DNA of 64,000 nt from an uncultured Gemmatimonadales bacterium (GTDB taxonomy: Bacteria; Gemmatimonadota; Gemmatimonadetes; Gemmatimonadales; GWC2-71-9). Shown piece after piece: positions 53,359-63,125 of this stretch (its first letter is position 1; each line of letters begins with the position of its first letter). The notes beneath the pieces are model-generated. The model was given only the letters and a program-made list of their open reading frames with translations, ran no database searches and was not told the origin of the DNA. The stretch lies in NCBI GenBank assembly GCA_963762545.1, contig CAVXLC010000002.1, positions 1,275,629 through 1,339,628 of the forward strand, written 5' to 3'. Made by a program: the position numbers and the translations under genes.

Positions 53359-55407
53359 ATGCAGAGTGGACGCGTGCTCCTGATCGGCTTCCTCACCATC
53401 GCCACCGAAGCCGCCGCCCAGGCCCAGCCGCAGAAACCCGCCGTCCTGCCGCCGCTCGAAGTGGTCGCCACCCGGCGTCCCGAAGCCACCCATGCGGTCC
53501 CGGCCTCGATCGAGGTGATCAGCGGCGCCGACCTGCGGGCCCGCGGGGCCACCTCGCTCCGGGATGCCCTGGCCCTGGCCGCGGGGGTGGCGATCGCTCC
53601 GGGAGGCGACGGCGGACCCGCGAGCTCGGTACCCGAGTTCTGGGGGCTCCGGGAATTCGACGCGTTCCTGCTCGTGGTGGACGGCATTCCGTGGGGCGGC
53701 GCGCTCAATCCGGCGCTCGCCACCCTCAACCTGCGCGACGTCGAGCGCATCGAGATCCTCCGCGGGCCGGCCCCGGTCACCTATGGCGCCACGTCCTTCG
53801 TCGGGGTGATCCACGTGGTCCACAACGCCGCCGCGGCCACCTCCCGGACCCTGGCCGCGCACGGGGGCAGCTACAGCACCGGCGGGCTCGCCGCCGATCT
53901 GCCGGTGTCCACCGGAGCCTGGAAGTCCCGGCTCAGCGTCGAGGGCGCCCGCCAGGGGTTCACGGACGACCGGACCTCGTACAAGAACGGCCACGCCGCG
54001 TTCCGGATCGCGAAGACCGGCGCCGACGACCGGAGCACCTGGCTCACCGCCGACGTGACGCTCCTGCGCCAGGAGCCGGCCAGCCCGCATCCCCGGGAAG
54101 GGGCCGCCTTGTCGGACGCGGTGCCCCTCGACGCCAACCACAACCCCCGGGACGCGTTCCTGAACGAGAACCGCTTCGTGGCCTCGGGCGGCTGGCAGCG
54201 TCCGGTGTTCTCCGGCTCGACCTGGGGCTCGATGTTTTCGTTCACCCACTCGACCCAGAACATCTTCCGGGGCTTCCTCACCGACATCTCCAACAATCCG
54301 TCGAACGCCACCGGGTTCAAGGAGAATATCGACATCAACGACATCTACGCCGATAGCCACATCCTCTGGGGGTCGCGGTCGAAGGTCCGCTTCCTCACCG
54401 GCGCGGACCTGCTGTTCGCGCAGGGCGACGCCAAGGGCGCGGTGTTCGACTACACGGCGCCCCTGAACGGCGCCACCGCCACCGCGGTGCCCCAGCCCAC
54501 GGTGCTGGACCGGGACGCGGAGAACCGCCGGATCTTCGGCGGGGCCTACGGCTCGGCCGAGTGGCAGCCGGTGGACCGGTTCACCCTGAGCGCCGGCCTC
54601 CGGCTCAACCTCACCTCCGAGCGGCGCGCCGAAACCAGCCCGAGCGCCAACAACACCAGGCTGAGCGGCAGTGTCGGCGCCATGGTCGGGCTGGTCGAGA
54701 ATGGAGTGAATCACCTGCGGGCCTTCGTCAACTACCGCAACACCTTCAAGCCCGCGGCGTTCGACTTCGGCCTGGCGGAAAACGAGGGGATTCTCAAGCC
54801 GGAAACGTCGCACAGCGTGGAGGGCGGCCTCAAGGCCCGGGTGGCGGACGGCCGGCTCGACGTCGAGGCCAGTGCTTTCCGGATGGACTTCGAGAACCTG
54901 GTCACCGCCACGATCATCAACAACCTGCCGGCGCTCATCAATTCCGGGAAGACCCGGTTCCAGGGTATCGAGGTGGCCTCCGACCTCCAGTTGCCCCACT
55001 CGGTGTTCGCGCGGGCCACCTACAGCTTTCACGACGGCAAGTTCGTGGACTTCGTGCAGGACTTCGACGGCACCCTGACCCAGCTGGCCGGCAACCGGGT
55101 CGAGATGTCGGCGCGCCATCTCTTCTCGGCGGGACTCACGCTGTCGCCGGGCACCGGCTTCATCGCCACCGCCAACCTCAACTACACCGGCAGCCGGTAT
55201 CTCAACATGCGGAATACCGCGCTGGCCACGGCGTTCACCACCTTCGACGCCGGCATCGGCTACCGGTTCCGTCGCGCGGAGATCCGGGTGGACGGGCGCA
55301 ACCTGAGTGACCGCCGGGACGCGGTGTCGGAAAGCGAATTCGGGGATGCCCAGTACTACCGGATGCCGGCCCGCTCGGTGCGGGCCGGCGTGGTGCTGAG
55401 CTACTAG
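53359..55407 (+). CDS. TonB-dependent outer-membrane receptor
   Basis: ORF 53305..55407. I prefer the ATG at 53359 (signal MQSGRVLLIGFLTIATEAAAQAQ, with GAGGAA 9 nt upstream). It has a TonB box/plug (LPPLEVVATR; IEVISGADL; SLRDAL; VERIEILRGPAPVTYGATSFVGVIHVV), a beta-barrel, and the terminal aromatic motif VRAGVVLSY. Confidence 0.85.
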   Translation: MQSGRVLLIGFLTIATEAAAQAQPQKPAVLPPLEVVATRRPEATHAVPASIEVISGADLRARGATSLRDALALAAGVAIAPGGDGGPASSVPEFWGLREFDAFLLVVDGIPWGGALNPALATLNLRDVERIEILRGPAPVTYGATSFVGVIHVVHNAAAATSRTLAAHGGSYSTGGLAADLPVSTGAWKSRLSVEGARQGFTDDRTSYKNGHAAFRIAKTGADDRSTWLTADVTLLRQEPASPHPREGAALSDAVPLDANHNPRDAFLNENRFVASGGWQRPVFSGSTWGSMFSFTHSTQNIFRGFLTDISNNPSNATGFKENIDINDIYADSHILWGSRSKVRFLTGADLLFAQGDAKGAVFDYTAPLNGATATAVPQPTVLDRDAENRRIFGGAYGSAEWQPVDRFTLSAGLRLNLTSERRAETSPSANNTRLSGSVGAMVGLVENGVNHLRAFVNYRNTFKPAAFDFGLAENEGILKPETSHSVEGGLKARVADGRLDVEASAFRMDFENLVTATIINNLPALINSGKTRFQGIEVASDLQLPHSVFARATYSFHDGKFVDFVQDFDGTLTQLAGNRVEMSARHLFSAGLTLSPGTGFIATANLNYTGSRYLNMRNTALATAFTTFDAGIGYRFRRAEIRVDGRNLSDRRDAVSESEFGDAQYYRMPARSVRAGVVLSY

Positions 55408-56846
55408 ATCACCGGGGGCCCCTCCGAGGGCCCCGGCACGACCGGCAGGGTCAGGCGGAAGACGGTGCGCCCGGGCCGGGACTCCGCCAGGTCGAGGCGC
55501 CCGCCGTGCAGCTCGGCGATGCGGCGGGCGATCGCGAGTCCCAGGCCGGCGCCACTGGTGGCGCTGTCTTCGCTCCGGGAGCGCGCCGCATCCACCCGGA
55601 AGAATCGCTCGAACACCCGCTCGCGCGCCTCGGGTGGAATCCCCGACCCCTGGTCCGTCACCAGGATCTCGCAGTTCCCGTGGGCCCGCGCCATCCCCAC
55701 CTCGACCCGTCCTCCCCGCGGCGAATACTTGATCGCGTTGTCGAGCAGGTTGAGCAGGAGCCGGCCCAGCAGGTCGGCGTCGCCCCGGGAGGGGGCCTCG
55801 ACCAGCGCGGTCAGCTCGATCCCCACGCCGCGCCGGTCGGCCACCGAGCGCATGGCCCGGACCGCCTCGTCCACCACGTCCTCCAGGTAGAGCGGCTCGA
55901 GCTGGGGCTGGAGGTGGCCCGAGTCGGCCCGGGCCAGGAGGAATAGATCGTCCACGATGCGGGTGAGGCGGCGGCCGGCGTCCTGCATCACCCCCAAGGA
56001 GGCGCGGTACTCGTCCTCGCTCCGGTGCTCCCGCGCCAGCGTGATGTCCGCCTCGGTGCGCAGGATGGCGGTCGGGGTGCGGAGCTCGTGGGAGGCGTCG
56101 GCGACGAAGCGGCGCTGCTGCGCGAAGGCGCCCTCCAGCCGGTCCAGCAGGTCGTTCAGCACCCGGGCCAGGCCGACCAGCTCATCGCCTCCCCCGACCG
56201 GAAGCCGCTCGCCGAGATTGCTGGCGCCGATCGCGGCGGCCTGCGCCGCCATGGACGCGACCGGGGCGAGGCTGCGTTTGGCGAGGAAGGATCCTCCGGT
56301 GGCCGCGCAGAGGACCAGCAGCGGAATCGCCACCAGGAACATCCGGCGCACCTGCGCCAGCAGCTCCTCGATGTCGTGGAGGGAGTAGGTGCCGGTCAGG
56401 CTGAAGCGCTGGCCGCCCACCGCGAGCGGGCGGGCGTTCACCCGGTAGCTCCCGTCGCGCCCCGGCAACGTCAGCGCCAGCGGCGCCGAGAGGTCCCGCC
56501 CCGCGAGCGCGGCGACGACCCGGGCGCCCTCCCCGGAATCCGGGAGCGCGGTCATCGTGACGGCGCGCCCCGCCGTATCGAGAATGGCGATGTCCAGGTC
56601 CCGGAACTGCACTTCGTCGATGGTGCTGCGCATCGCCTGCTCCACGCCCAGCGCGGTCCGCCGCTCCGCGGTGAGCTCCCGGGAAAAGGCCGTCAGCGCG
56701 TCGCCGATGAACCGGTCGGTGCGCTGCTGGAGCGCCCGCGCGAAGAGCAGGTAGCTGCCGATCGCGAAGAGAATCAGGGGCAGGCCGAGGAGCGCCGTGT
56801 ACCAGAGGGTGAGACGGGCCCGCAGCGAGGTCGGCCACCGGGGCAT
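55404..56846 (-). CDS. Heavy-metal sensor histidine kinase (CusS/CopS-like)
   Basis: 480 aa. The N-terminus SLRARLTLWYTALLGLPLILFAIGSYLLF is typical of the heavy-metal sensor kinase family. It has a periplasmic loop, a second TM helix, HAMP, an H-box (FVADASHELRTP) and a HATPase domain (DQGSGI; GAGLGLAI). Confidence 0.85.
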   Translation of the reverse strand: MPRWPTSLRARLTLWYTALLGLPLILFAIGSYLLFARALQQRTDRFIGDALTAFSRELTAERRTALGVEQAMRSTIDEVQFRDLDIAILDTAGRAVTMTALPDSGEGARVVAALAGRDLSAPLALTLPGRDGSYRVNARPLAVGGQRFSLTGTYSLHDIEELLAQVRRMFLVAIPLLVLCAATGGSFLAKRSLAPVASMAAQAAAIGASNLGERLPVGGGDELVGLARVLNDLLDRLEGAFAQQRRFVADASHELRTPTAILRTEADITLAREHRSEDEYRASLGVMQDAGRRLTRIVDDLFLLARADSGHLQPQLEPLYLEDVVDEAVRAMRSVADRRGVGIELTALVEAPSRGDADLLGRLLLNLLDNAIKYSPRGGRVEVGMARAHGNCEILVTDQGSGIPPEARERVFERFFRVDAARSRSEDSATSGAGLGLAIARRIAELHGGRLDLAESRPGRTVFRLTLPVVPGPSEGPPVI

Positions 56847-56850
56847 GCGG

Positions 56851-57579
56851 CTACTCCCGTCGCCGGGCGGCTCGTTTTCGGGGGGGCCGGCTGGCCGGCT
56901 TGGGCGGCGGCGGTGCCTCGAGCAGGAAACCGCTGCCCCGGAGCGTGGTAAGGAGCGCCACCCGCTCCCCGTCGTCGATCTTCCGGCGCAGCCGGCTGGC
57001 GTACACGTCGATGATGTTCGAGAAGGTGTTCCGGGTGTCGTCCCAGACGTGCGCCATGAGCTCGGCCCGGCTGACCACCCGGCCGGCGTTCCGGGCCAGG
57101 TGCAGCAGGAAGGCGAATTCCTTGGCGGTGAGCGTGATCTCCCGGCGGTTGCGGCGGACCGCGTGGCGCAGCGTATCGATGACCAGGTCTCCCACCACCA
57201 GCGGCGATCCCTGCACCTCGCCCCGCCGCCGGGTGAGCGCCCGAAGCCGCGCCAGCAGCTCGCCGAAATCGAATGGCTTGGTCAGGTAGTCGTCGGCCCC
57301 CGCGTCGAGCCCGGCAATCCGTTGATCCACGCCGTCGAGCGCGGTGAGCATGAGAATCGGGACCCGGCTGCCCCGCTCCCGGATGGCCCGGCAGACCAAT
57401 TTGCCGTTCTTGCCCGGCAGGAGCACGTCGAGGATGATGGCGTCATACGCGTTGGTGCCGGCGAGCTGCAGGGCCTGGATGCCGTTGGCGGCTTCGTCCA
57501 CCGCGTAGGACGCCTCCCGGAGTCCTCGGGCGATGGAGGCGCGGAGCTGATCATCGTCCTCGGCGAACAGGATGCGCAT
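56851..57579 (-). CDS. OmpR-family DNA-binding response regulator (CusR/CopR-like)
   Basis: MRILFAEDDD.L......GL....Y.VD.A..G..AL......YDAIILDV.LPG..G......IR.....PILMLTA; a winged helix (LT.KEF..L..L......V.SR.....VWD.......N..DVY...LR.K.). It ends in an unusual basic Pro/Arg C-terminal tail. Confidence 0.9.
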   Translation of the reverse strand: MRILFAEDDDQLRASIARGLREASYAVDEAANGIQALQLAGTNAYDAIILDVLLPGKNGKLVCRAIRERGSRVPILMLTALDGVDQRIAGLDAGADDYLTKPFDFGELLARLRALTRRRGEVQGSPLVVGDLVIDTLRHAVRRNRREITLTAKEFAFLLHLARNAGRVVSRAELMAHVWDDTRNTFSNIIDVYASRLRRKIDDGERVALLTTLRGSGFLLEAPPPPKPASRPPRKRAARRRE

Positions 57580-57588
57580 GGCTCCAAT

Positions 57589-58617
57589 CTACGGGGCCCG
57601 GGCGGGCCGGGCGAGGCGGCCCCGGGTCGCCGGTCGCCCCGCGGACCTGAGCGCAAACCGGCTCCGGTAGCTGCTGGGCGACACCCCGAAGCGCCGTTCG
57701 AAGGCGCGGCGAAACACGTCCACGCTCTGATAGCCCACCGACCGTGCCACCGAGTCCACATTGACCCGCCGCGAGGAGAGCCGCCGGCTGGCCTCGCCCA
57801 GCCGCAGCTCCTCCACGAACGCCGCCGGGCTGGTGCCGTAGGTCTTCCGGAACACCCGGGAGAACTGCCGCGCGCAGAGGAACGTCCGGGCCGCCATCGC
57901 CTCCACCGACAGGTCCGCGTTCAGATGCCCCGCCATCCACGCGGTGAGGTCCGCGAATCGGTCGGCCGACTGGAGCTGGAACTGGAGCGGCTCGGAGAAC
58001 TGGTCCTGGCCCCCGGGCCGCTTGAGGTACACCACCAGCTCCCGGGCGACGGCGAGCGCCTGACTGGGGCCATGATCCTCCTCGATCAGCGCGAGGGCGA
58101 GGTCGATCCCGGCGGTGATGCCCGCCGAGGTGTAGAACGGGCCGTCCTTTATATAGAGCGCGTCCGACTCGACCCGGAGCTTCGGGTACCGCTGCGCCAG
58201 GTCGCGGGCGAAGCGCCAATGGGTGGTGACCCGCCGGCCATCCAGGAGGCCGGTGGGCGCGAGGCCGTAGATACCGGTGCAGATCGAGGCGATGCGGCGA
58301 ATCTGGCCCGCGTGGGCGGCTACCCAGTCGGCCGTCCTCCGGGCGGTGCCGGATTCCCGCATCGCGCAGCCGCCGGGCACGATCAGCGTGTCCAGCCGCG
58401 GCGGCGCCGCCGCCGTCGTGTCCGCCAGCAACCGGAGCCCGGTCTCCGCGACAAACCGCTTGCCGGTGAGCCCGATGATCACCACCTCGTAGGCCGGCGC
58501 GGTGCCGCCGTTCCCGTCCTCCGGCGCGCGGACCGCGGCCAGCGCCTCCGCCGGCCCGACCAGGTCGAGCGCCTGGATCCCGTCGTACCCCAGAATGCCG
58601 ATGCGTCGTGGCGTCAT
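57589..58617 (-). CDS. GlxA-family transcriptional regulator (DJ-1/PfpI domain + AraC-type HTH)
   Basis: 342 aa. IGILGYDG.QALD..GP.E.......; IASICTG...LA..GLLDGRR.TTHW (DJ-1 nucleophile-elbow Cys). The C-terminal part is AraC HTH (S.R.F.R.F....G.SP..Y....R...A...L......V...A...GY.S...F.RAF.R.FG.SPS.YR). Confidence 0.85.
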   Translation of the reverse strand: MTPRRIGILGYDGIQALDLVGPAEALAAVRAPEDGNGGTAPAYEVVIIGLTGKRFVAETGLRLLADTTAAAPPRLDTLIVPGGCAMRESGTARRTADWVAAHAGQIRRIASICTGIYGLAPTGLLDGRRVTTHWRFARDLAQRYPKLRVESDALYIKDGPFYTSAGITAGIDLALALIEEDHGPSQALAVARELVVYLKRPGGQDQFSEPLQFQLQSADRFADLTAWMAGHLNADLSVEAMAARTFLCARQFSRVFRKTYGTSPAAFVEELRLGEASRRLSSRRVNVDSVARSVGYQSVDVFRRAFERRFGVSPSSYRSRFALRSAGRPATRGRLARPARAP

Positions 58618-58638
58618 GGCCCCTCCCCGGCGAGAATG

Positions 58639-61600
58639 CTAACGGCTCCCGGGGGAGTACTCAAAGGGCCGGTTTACGACGTTTTGGGACACGGCCGGCC
58701 GAAGCCCCCGCTCCCGCCACAGCGCGTAGATCGCCGGAATGACCACCAGCGTCAGCACCGTGCTCGACACCATGCCGCCCACCATCGGCGCGGCGATTCG
58801 CTTCATCACGCTGGCGCCGGTGCCGTTCCCCCAGAGGATCGGAAGCAGCCCCGCCGTAATGGCCGTCACCGTCATGAGCTTGGGCCGGACCCGCTCGACC
58901 GCGCCCTCGACGATGGCCTCGTAGAGATCCCTGAGCGACGGCCTTCCGCCGGCCGCCTCGCGCGCCCGCCAGGCGTGATCGAGGTAGATCAGCATCACGA
59001 CGCCGGTCTCCGCGGCCACGCCGCCCAGCGCGATGAACCCGACCGCCACCGCCACCGACCAGTTGTATCCCAGCAGCCAGATGAACCAGAGTCCCCCGAC
59101 CAGCGCGAACGGCAGCGACAGCATGACGATCAGGGTCTCGCCGACGCTGCGGAAATTGAGATAGAGCAGGAGGAAGATGATGAGCAGCACCGCGGGCACC
59201 ACCAGGGTCATCCGCTCCCGGGCGCGCACCATGTACTCGTACTGCCCGCTCCACGCGATCCGGTACCCCGGCGGGAGCGAGACGCTGCGTTCCACCAGCG
59301 GCTTGGCATCCGCGACGTAGCTCCCGATGTCCCGCCCGGCCACGTCCACATAGACCCACGCGGTGGGGACGGCGCCCTCCGTCCGCACCACCATGGGGCC
59401 CGAGACCTGCTCGATGCGGGCGACCTGGCCCAGCGGCACGAACATCTGATTCCCGGCGGCGTGGGCCGCCGGAACCAGCACGGCCGCCAGCCGCTCCGGG
59501 TTGTCGCGGAGCTCCTGCGGGTAGCGCAGCCGCACCCCGTACCGTTCCCGGCCCTCCACCGTCTGGGTGATCGTCATCCCGCCGACGGCCGTCGCGATCA
59601 CCTGCTGAACGTCGCCCACGTTCAGGCCGTGCCGCGCGGCGGCCTCGCGGTCGATCGTGATATCCAGGTAGTACCCCGACTCGGCCCGCTCGGCGAAGGC
59701 GCTGCGGGTGCCCGGCACCGTGCGCACCACCTCTTCGACTTCCCGGCCCAGCCGCTCCAGCTCGGCCAGGTCCGGCCCGAAGATCTTGATCCCCACCGGG
59801 GTCCGGATCCCGGTGGCCAGCATGTCGATCCTGCCCTTGATCGGCATGGTCCAGGCGTTGGTGACCCCCGGCATCCGGGTGGCGCTGTCCAGCTCCGCGA
59901 CCAGCCGGTCCATCGTCAGCCCCGGCCGCCACGCGGACTCCGGCTTGAGCACCACGGTGGTCTCGAACATGTCGAGCCCGGCCGGATCGGTCGCGGTTCC
60001 GGCCCGGCCCGCCTTCCCCCAGACGCTGGCCACTTCGGGAAATCCCTTGATCCGCTGATCCTGGATCCGCAGGATTTCCCGCGCCCGCGCCACGCTCACG
60101 CCGGGCAGCGTGGAAGGCATGAAGAGGAGCGTGCCCTCGTCGAGCGTCGGCATGAACTCGCTGCCCATCCGGCTCCACGGGATCGCCGTGAGCGCCGTCA
60201 CCAGGACGGCGGCGGCGATCACCGCGCCCCGGTGCCTGAGCACCGCCTCGATCACCGGCCGGTACCCCCGCATGAGCAGCCGGCTGACCGGATTCTCCCC
60301 TTCGGGGCGAATCCGCCCCCGCACGAACAGTCCCATCGCCACCGGCACCACGGTGATGGAGAGCAGGCTGGCGGCGGCCATCGCGAACGTCTTGGTGAAC
60401 GCGAGCGGCCGGAACAGCCGCCCCTCCTGGCCCTGGAGCACGAACACCGGAACGAACGAGACGGTGATGATCAGGAGGGAGATGAACAGCGCCGGCCCCA
60501 CCTCGCGGCTGGCGGCCACTACCGCCGCCCATCGCTCGGCGGTGGTGAGGTCTCGCGTGTGCATCATGGCGGGTCCGGAGCCCTTGGCGGCCAGGGCCCG
60601 CTCCAGATGCTTGTGCAGGTTCTCGATCATCACGATCGCGGCGTCGATCATGGCCCCGATGGCGATCGCGATGCCACCCAGGGACATGATGTCGGATCCG
60701 ACCCCCACGACCCGCATCCCGATGAACGCCAGCAGAATCCCCAGCGGAAGCGTCACCACGGCCACCAGGGCGGAGCGGGCGTGCAGCAGGAACAGCAGGC
60801 ACACCGCCGCCACCACGATGCTCTCCTCCACCAGCTTTTCGGTCAATGTCCGGATCGAGCGGTGGATCAGCTCGCTGCGGTCGTACACCGGCGTGACGAT
60901 CACGCCGCGCGGCAGGCTCCCCTGCACCTCCGCCAGCCGGGCCTTGACCCCTTCGATGGTGCGGAGGGCGTTCTCGCCGGAGCGCATCACCACGATGCCG
61001 CCCACCGCGTCGCCCCGGCCGTCCAGGTCCGCCACCCCGCGCCGCACCGCCGGGCCCACCGTCACCCGCCCGAGCTCGGCTACCCGGACCGGCGTCCCGC
61101 CCGTGGTGGCGGACACCACCACGTTCTCGATGTCCGCCATGGACTTGAGGTAGCCCAGCCCGCGCACCATGTACTCGCGCTCGGCCAGCTCCACGACCAT
61201 CGCCCCGACATCGGCGTTGGCGTTGCGGATCGCCTCCATCACCTTGGTGATCGACAGCCCGTAGGCCTGGAGCCGGGCCGGGTCGAGGTCCACCTGATAC
61301 TGCTTCTCGAACCCGCCGACCGTCGCCACCTCGGCCACCCCCGGCACCGCGGTCAGCGCGTAGCGCAGCTGCCAGTCCTGGATGCCCCGCAGCGCGGCCA
61401 GGTCCAGGCGGCCGGTGGTGTCCTCTATCGCGTACTGGAAGACCCAGCCTAACCCGGTGGCGTCCGGGCCCAGGGTCGGCGTGACCGCCTCCGGCAGCCT
61501 GCTCTTGATGCCGCTCAGGTATTCCAGCACCCGGGTCCGGGCCCAGTAGAGGTCGGTGCCGTCGGCAAAGAGCACGTAGACGAACGACACCCCGAAGAAG

Positions 61601-61866
61601 GAATATCCGCGGACCACCCGGGAGCCCGGGACCTTGAGCATCTCCGCCGCGATGGGATAGGTCACCTGGTCTTCCACGATCCGGGGCGCTTGCTGGGCGA
61701 AGTCGGCCTGCACGATGACCTGGACGTCGCTCAGATCGGGCAGCGCTTCCAGCGGCGTGCGGCGAATCGCCACTACCCCGCCCAGTGCGACGCCCAGCAC
61801 GCCCAGCCCCACCAGCAGGCGATTCGCCGCGGACCATTCGATGATTCGGCGCAGCATGGCGGTCAC
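58639..61866 (-). CDS. cusA: Heavy-metal efflux RND pump, CusA type (Cu/Ag)
   Basis: 1075 aa. The N-terminus (MLRRIIEWSAANRLLV..PLEALPDLSDVQVIV) and TM4 motif (LGGIAIAIGAMIDAAIVMIEN) match E. coli CusA as I recall it, rather than the CzcA DFG..DGA type. The start is GTG 61866 (GTGA overlap with cusB) or ATG 61857. Confidence 0.9.
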   Translation of the reverse strand: MTAMLRRIIEWSAANRLLVGLGVLGVALGGVVAIRRTPLEALPDLSDVQVIVQADFAQQAPRIVEDQVTYPIAAEMLKVPGSRVVRGYSFFGVSFVYVLFADGTDLYWARTRVLEYLSGIKSRLPEAVTPTLGPDATGLGWVFQYAIEDTTGRLDLAALRGIQDWQLRYALTAVPGVAEVATVGGFEKQYQVDLDPARLQAYGLSITKVMEAIRNANADVGAMVVELAEREYMVRGLGYLKSMADIENVVVSATTGGTPVRVAELGRVTVGPAVRRGVADLDGRGDAVGGIVVMRSGENALRTIEGVKARLAEVQGSLPRGVIVTPVYDRSELIHRSIRTLTEKLVEESIVVAAVCLLFLLHARSALVAVVTLPLGILLAFIGMRVVGVGSDIMSLGGIAIAIGAMIDAAIVMIENLHKHLERALAAKGSGPAMMHTRDLTTAERWAAVVAASREVGPALFISLLIITVSFVPVFVLQGQEGRLFRPLAFTKTFAMAAASLLSITVVPVAMGLFVRGRIRPEGENPVSRLLMRGYRPVIEAVLRHRGAVIAAAVLVTALTAIPWSRMGSEFMPTLDEGTLLFMPSTLPGVSVARAREILRIQDQRIKGFPEVASVWGKAGRAGTATDPAGLDMFETTVVLKPESAWRPGLTMDRLVAELDSATRMPGVTNAWTMPIKGRIDMLATGIRTPVGIKIFGPDLAELERLGREVEEVVRTVPGTRSAFAERAESGYYLDITIDREAAARHGLNVGDVQQVIATAVGGMTITQTVEGRERYGVRLRYPQELRDNPERLAAVLVPAAHAAGNQMFVPLGQVARIEQVSGPMVVRTEGAVPTAWVYVDVAGRDIGSYVADAKPLVERSVSLPPGYRIAWSGQYEYMVRARERMTLVVPAVLLIIFLLLYLNFRSVGETLIVMLSLPFALVGGLWFIWLLGYNWSVAVAVGFIALGGVAAETGVVMLIYLDHAWRAREAAGGRPSLRDLYEAIVEGAVERVRPKLMTVTAITAGLLPILWGNGTGASVMKRIAAPMVGGMVSSTVLTLVVIPAIYALWRERGLRPAVSQNVVNRPFEYSPGSR

Positions 61867-63125
61867 CCGTGAGGATGTGAGGGGGTCTTCGGAGCGGCGC
61901 GCGGGACGGCCGGCGCCGGTGTCATGTCCATCCCGGGCATGCCGCCCATCCCGCCCAGCATCGTGCCGAGGTTCGATTCCGCGTCCAGCAGGAAGGTGCC
62001 CGAGGCGACGACGGTATCGCCCAGGGCCAGACCGCTCAGCACCTCGTACCGGTCGTCGGTGCCGGCGCCGAGGGTCACTTCCCGGGGCTCGAGGCGCCCG
62101 CCGGGACGCTTGAGGAAGACCAGGCTCCGTTTGCCGGTGACCAGCGCGGCCGAGCGCGGAATGCTCAAGGTGGTTCGGCCCGGCCCCTCGAACTCCAGCG
62201 TGGCGTACATGCCGGGCCGAAGGGTCTGGTCGCCATTGTCGAGCTCGATCCGGACCCGGACGGTCCGGGTGTCGGCGTTGACGGTGGGATAGATGTAGCC
62301 GACCCTGCCCCGGCGTTCGACGCCGGGCAGCGCCGCGAATCCGGCCCGGACCCCTCCGCCCAGCCGGAGGAGCGGCAGGTCCCGCTCATAGACTTCACCC
62401 TCCACCCAGACCACCCGGAGGTCGGCGATGCGGTAGAGCGGGTCGCCCGGCATGACGCGCTGTCCCGCCTGCACCGTCTTTTCCACCGCGAATCCGGAGC
62501 TGCGGGCCCGCAGGGTGACGGTGCGGCTCGGTACGCCGCCCGCCTCCAGCGCCGCGATCTCCGAGGCCGACACGTCCCAGTTCTCCAGCTTCCGACGGGA
62601 AGCGGCCACCATCTCCTCCGCCGAGCGCCGGGCGTCGTCGCTTCCGTTCCGGAGCTCGCCGAGCAGGCGCAGCCCCAGCAGGAGCTCCTCCTGCGCGGTC
62701 ACGATCTCGGGCGCGTAGAGCGTCAGTACCGGCTGGCCCCGCCGCACCGCCTGCCCGGTGAAGTCCACCGTGAGCGCCTCCACCCACCCCTCGACCTTGC
62801 TGGTGATCGTGGCCAGGCGGGACTCGTCGTAGGCGACGATGCCGACGCTCCGGGTCACCTGCTCGAGCGGGCCGTGCACCACCGGGGCGAAGGTGATGCC
62901 GATCGCCCGCTGCTCCGGCGGGCCGAGGGTGACTTGCGCCGGCCCGGCGCCGGAAGCGCCGCCGCCCGCCGTCGTTGAAGCGACGCTCGAAGACCCTGGG
63001 CTCCGGGCGCTCGAGGGAACGAACCGCCACAGCAACGCGGCCGTGACCAGGATGGCGGCCAGCAGCCCGACGATCCGGAGCGGTCGGCGGGAGCGGCTGG
63101 ATTCGAACGGAGACGGGGCGGTCAT
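61863..63125 (-). CDS. cusB: Efflux RND periplasmic adaptor (CusB-like) with a Met/His-rich C-terminal tail
   Basis: 420 aa with the HlyD_D23/biotinyl-lipoyl layout (G.V.YDE.R...I.....GWVE.L.V...G..V..GQPL..LY.PE...AQ.E). The tail is GTMLGGMGGMPGMDMTP....PSHPHG. Confidence 0.85.
   Translation of the reverse strand: MTAPSPFESSRSRRPLRIVGLLAAILVTAALLWRFVPSSARSPGSSSVASTTAGGGASGAGPAQVTLGPPEQRAIGITFAPVVHGPLEQVTRSVGIVAYDESRLATITSKVEGWVEALTVDFTGQAVRRGQPVLTLYAPEIVTAQEELLLGLRLLGELRNGSDDARRSAEEMVAASRRKLENWDVSASEIAALEAGGVPSRTVTLRARSSGFAVEKTVQAGQRVMPGDPLYRIADLRVVWVEGEVYERDLPLLRLGGGVRAGFAALPGVERRGRVGYIYPTVNADTRTVRVRIELDNGDQTLRPGMYATLEFEGPGRTTLSIPRSAALVTGKRSLVFLKRPGGRLEPREVTLGAGTDDRYEVLSGLALGDTVVASGTFLLDAESNLGTMLGGMGGMPGMDMTPAPAVPRAAPKTPSHPHG

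Noticed and set aside
56797-61452. 1551-aa ORF on the plus strand, the longest ORF in the window
   Set aside because: It runs antisense to the kinase, the response regulator, the GlxA regulator and cusA, all of which have strong family signatures. Its translation is Arg/Gly/Pro/His-rich low complexity (..RRRRRRVRQQPEPG..). This is typical of stop-poor shadow frames in very GC-rich DNA.
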